From Dudresnaya verticillata (lineage: Eukaryota), in assembly GCA_977862235.1 (NCBI GenBank), contig OZ374562.1:1922001-1986000 (forward strand): a DNA stretch of 64,000 nt, in the 5' to 3' direction. Each line of letters starts with the position of its first letter. Positions within the stretch are counted from its first letter, which is position 1. Positions 60,813-64,000 of the stretch are shown here, piece by piece. The notes beneath the pieces were generated by a model that searched no databases, was not told where the DNA came from, and saw nothing but the letters and a program-made list of their open reading frames with translations. A program made the position numbers and the translations under genes.

Positions 60813-61703
60813 TGTAGCAATACGACGGGTACTGTAAGCGTTTGGGAAAATATACGCGGTACTTATAGCTAGAAACAAAACGAAAGTTGCGTCAGAAGTG
60901 TGGCGCAAACCGTATGGAGACGATTGACAACTCCCGGTTGCCCGATACCCGGTGGGTAGCGCGCTTATAGCGAGGGTGAGGTAAAGCGATGAGAACACAC
61001 CGAGGGCGGACTGTGAACTCCCTGGGCGGTAAAGGCGAAAACAAAGAAACAAAAGGGAAAAGGGGGATAGGGAATAACACGTCTTGGACGTAGACTGGAA
61101 CGGAAGCACGGGTGGCGCAGTTGCCCTCGGCATCAGTTGAAAGAACGCACTAGCGGAGGGGCTCCAGGTCCGAGCCCGGCTGGCCGGGTTTATTCCAACG
61201 TCCCAGATGCATTACTTAATCTACTACCCCTACTATACAGGCGGCCCCGGCGCGGCTTGGCGCACGGGAATTCAGGACGGGTGTCACACCACCGCGTGCC
61301 TGACACATCGTCGTAGTCATGCAGACGTGTACCCGGGAATAAGGAGTAGCTTACAGGCGCGTGTGCGCAGCGATGTGGGCGATCCAAATTCGGATCCCGA
61401 TCCTTGTCAGCATTGCTGGCGCAAGGCCATTACAGGCGCGCGCCTTACCTTCAAACGAATCCCGATGCCTGATCCCGATGTCCGGTCCAGATCCAATCCG
61501 GACCCGGGCCATACTTACAGGCGCGCGCTTTAAACCCCGTGGATCTCGATGTGAAATCCGTATCTGCGGCCCGCAAGGTGTACAGTACTCCGGGAAACAT
61601 GTCCGCGTGGGGCGCGGCGTCCATGCGCCGGTGGGTCAGTCTTTCGTCAGTAACGTGATGATAAGTTTTACGCCATGTTTAATGTGAGCTCACGCGAGCA
61701 ACA
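60813..61703 (-). mobile_element. LTR-like sequence
   Basis: TGTAGC...GCAACA termini, pyrimidine tract on minus, internal TTACAGGCGCG x3; no TSD. Confidence 0.45.
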
Positions 61704-64000
61704 AAGGCCCATATGCGAGCGCACCGGCACAGGGTACCAGAAGGGGTAGGGCCAGTAGTATGGATCTAGGGAGGGCTAGAAGTGGGGGGACAGCAGTTGG
61801 GGTGTACGGTGGGGAGGGCATTGGGAGAGGGAAGTCAGCGGCACAGAGGTTGCGTATGGCAGAGAGTGTTTGGGATACTTGGTCAAGGTCGGCAGGGGTG
61901 GGATCGCGAGTGGACTGGGTGTGCAGGGCTCGGCAGTAGGTTCGTAGGACCGTTCGTTTCCGTGGGCAGTGCGGGGGTATGGGGAAGGTGCCAGGTGCCA
62001 CCGAATGGTGAGCAGGCGTTCCTGGTGGTTGGGGAGCAGGAGCGCTGTGGGATAGCGGTGGTGACGGTGTAACGGGGCAGGCCAGCGCCCCATTAAGGAA
62101 GAGCACCATTCTGTGGTAAGTGTCGAGGCGGCTGCGGAGGGAAATATCGGATGCTGCATCATACTGCACAGCGACAGATAGCTGGCAAGCGGCAAGGCCT
62201 GTAAGATGTGTTGCGCGTGTCAAGAAACTGGGGAGGCGGGGGATATGGCATGGTGGCGAAGCGATACAATGCGTCTCCGCTGTAGGACCTGCAGCCGGAG
62301 TGCCATTGGCAGAATCCGGAAAAGTGCTCTCAACGTGTGAAGACGTGAGGTGGGCATGCAGGCAGATCGCTGAGCGATGACAATGCGAGAGAACTCCCCG
62401 TCAGGACTGTCCAAGACCTTCAGCAATTCTGAATTGTAGCTGACAAAGGAGCATCCATGTTCGTAGACTGATCTGTCGAAGGTGTGGTAAATGAATTTGA
62501 AAGACTGTGCTGGCATGGTGTGGGAGACGAATCCAAGTGATACGAGGGATCGCAAAACCTTTTTGGCTGAGACAATGCGTCACAGGATGGTTGAGACATG
62601 GGTCCCCGAGCATGAGATGTCGACCCTGAGGTAGGGAGTCATCCTCTTGCACAGCAATTCTTGTTGACAAAGACGGAACTGTGAAGATGTTGGGCGACCG
62701 CAATGTCGCGGCTCCAGGAGGACGGAGCACTTGGTGAGCGCCCATGTCATTCCGTACTCTAGGACCCAGTCTTTGCAGACGTGTAGGGCTTGGAGGAGGG
62801 CATTTGGTGAGTCGGCATGGATGAGGCAATCGTCCGCAAACAGTCGAACAGGAGAACGGGTGTCAGGTCTTCCAAGTGTGTCGCAGAGCGAGTAGGCAAG
62901 GGCTTCGACGTAATGATTGAATAGTATCGGGCTAAGGGGCGATCCTTGGATGACCCCGCGGCGAATTTGAGCTGTTGAGTTTGTTGCATCGCCCGCGATG
63001 CGCACTGTCAAAGCGTCAAGTTTGGATCTGATTATGGCAACAAGATGTGGCAACAAGATGTGGCGACAGCCAATCAGCACAGAGCTGGAGTAGTTTGTTT
63101 TGGTCAGCCCGATCGTAAGCACTCTTGAGGTCCAACACAGCGATATAATCGTCTCATGTTGCACTGGCGGCGGCAGTGAGTGCGACGGCCATGTCCGGGC
63201 GAAGGCGTCGTTGGAAACCGAACTGCATTCGGTGGGGTTGGAAGACGGATTCCACCTCATACGCCATTGCTCTTTCGATGACCGTTCTCGCACGGGATAG
63301 AATACATAGCGGTCGGTAGCATGCTGCATGCGATGGATTGCCGGATTTGTACACCGGTACAAGGAGTCCATCTTGCTACTGTCGTGGAAAAACTCCAAGC
63401 TTTCCACATCATCGCCATACTGCGAAGAGTAGGTTTTCTGCAAGGTCGGGACAGAGTTTAAACATTTCGACTTGCGTGCGGTCAGGTCCGTTGGCTTTTC
63501 CTACATCCATGGCAGGTATAGTAAGAGATATGGAGGGCTTTAACGATGGGGGTACATAGAATTCTACCGGGGTCGGGGCTGGGGGCGTGTCGGTTGGGGA
63601 ATTCATGTGCCGAGTAAACCCAGCAGTGGCGAGGATGGAACCGGATGCATTGAGCATGAGTGTGCGCCTCTTCCTTTTTCGTTGCTGTACCCGGATTTCT
63701 TTGGCCAGCTCAGACTGTGGGCGGTTTAGAAGCTCCAATTCATATCGATCTTTCTGTTTCTTCTTGATGGCTCGAACTAGAAAATGGATGGCGCGTTGTG
63801 ACGAACTGTACTCGATTTCGGCAGTGGTGCGTGCTGTTGCAATGGTTCCGTCCAACTGCGTGTGAAATTTGGATGTCCATAGCATTATGCTGCCCGGGGG
63901 GTGAAGGCGTTGTCAGTCGGCATGTCTCAGCACTTGAGGTGCCATGCGGCGGTTGGGGGACTCCACTTCAAGGGGGACAGGATGTTGTGGGCCAGAGGGA
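61704..64000 (-). mobile_element. Degraded LINE-type non-LTR retrotransposon (RT), running off the window
   Basis: KANGPD, YRPLCILS, QFGFQ, GVIQGSPLSPILFN and LFADD across frameshifted ORFs. Confidence 0.88.

Noticed and set aside
1..64000. Fanzor/TnpB nuclease, or TGA recoding suggested by repeated in-frame TGA stops
   Set aside because: No RuvC-like motifs were found. TAA/TAG stops and frameshifts also disrupt the ORFs, consistent with ordinary decay such as CpG deamination.

Overview
Eukaryotic, GC-rich window made almost entirely of nested, mostly degraded transposable elements. A red-algal (Chondrus-like) origin is my inference from composition, intron style and TE content, not something the sequence proves. 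DNA transposons: two pogo/DDE_1 transposases, a Mutator-like element with an N-terminal Ulp1-type protease, several PIF/Harbinger elements, a piggyBac-like fragment and a Sola-like transposase. Retrotransposons: two LINE-type RT elements, a CRE-like RLE retroposon, a copia remnant, two Ty3/Gypsy chromoviruses (families B and C) and several solo LTRs with 5-bp TSDs. There is also one degraded NF-X1-zinc-finger-like gene. Most notable: both chromoviruses carry, between the chromodomain and the 3' LTR, a large antisense accessory ORF, and the two proteins appear distantly homologous. Each also has a non-coding array of short palindromic motifs separated by unique spacers. In family B this is about 12 units of GCGG-N5-CCGCG-N10-CGTTG-N5-CAACG at 21851-23480; in family C it is alternating GCAGCGGC and GCRTCGAYGC motifs. 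The same motifs recur in each element's own LTR. This looks like a retrotransposon-encoded protein plus cognate-array module (anti-silencing binding sites or a structured RNA array). No rRNA, tRNA or true CRISPR-Cas locus was seen.
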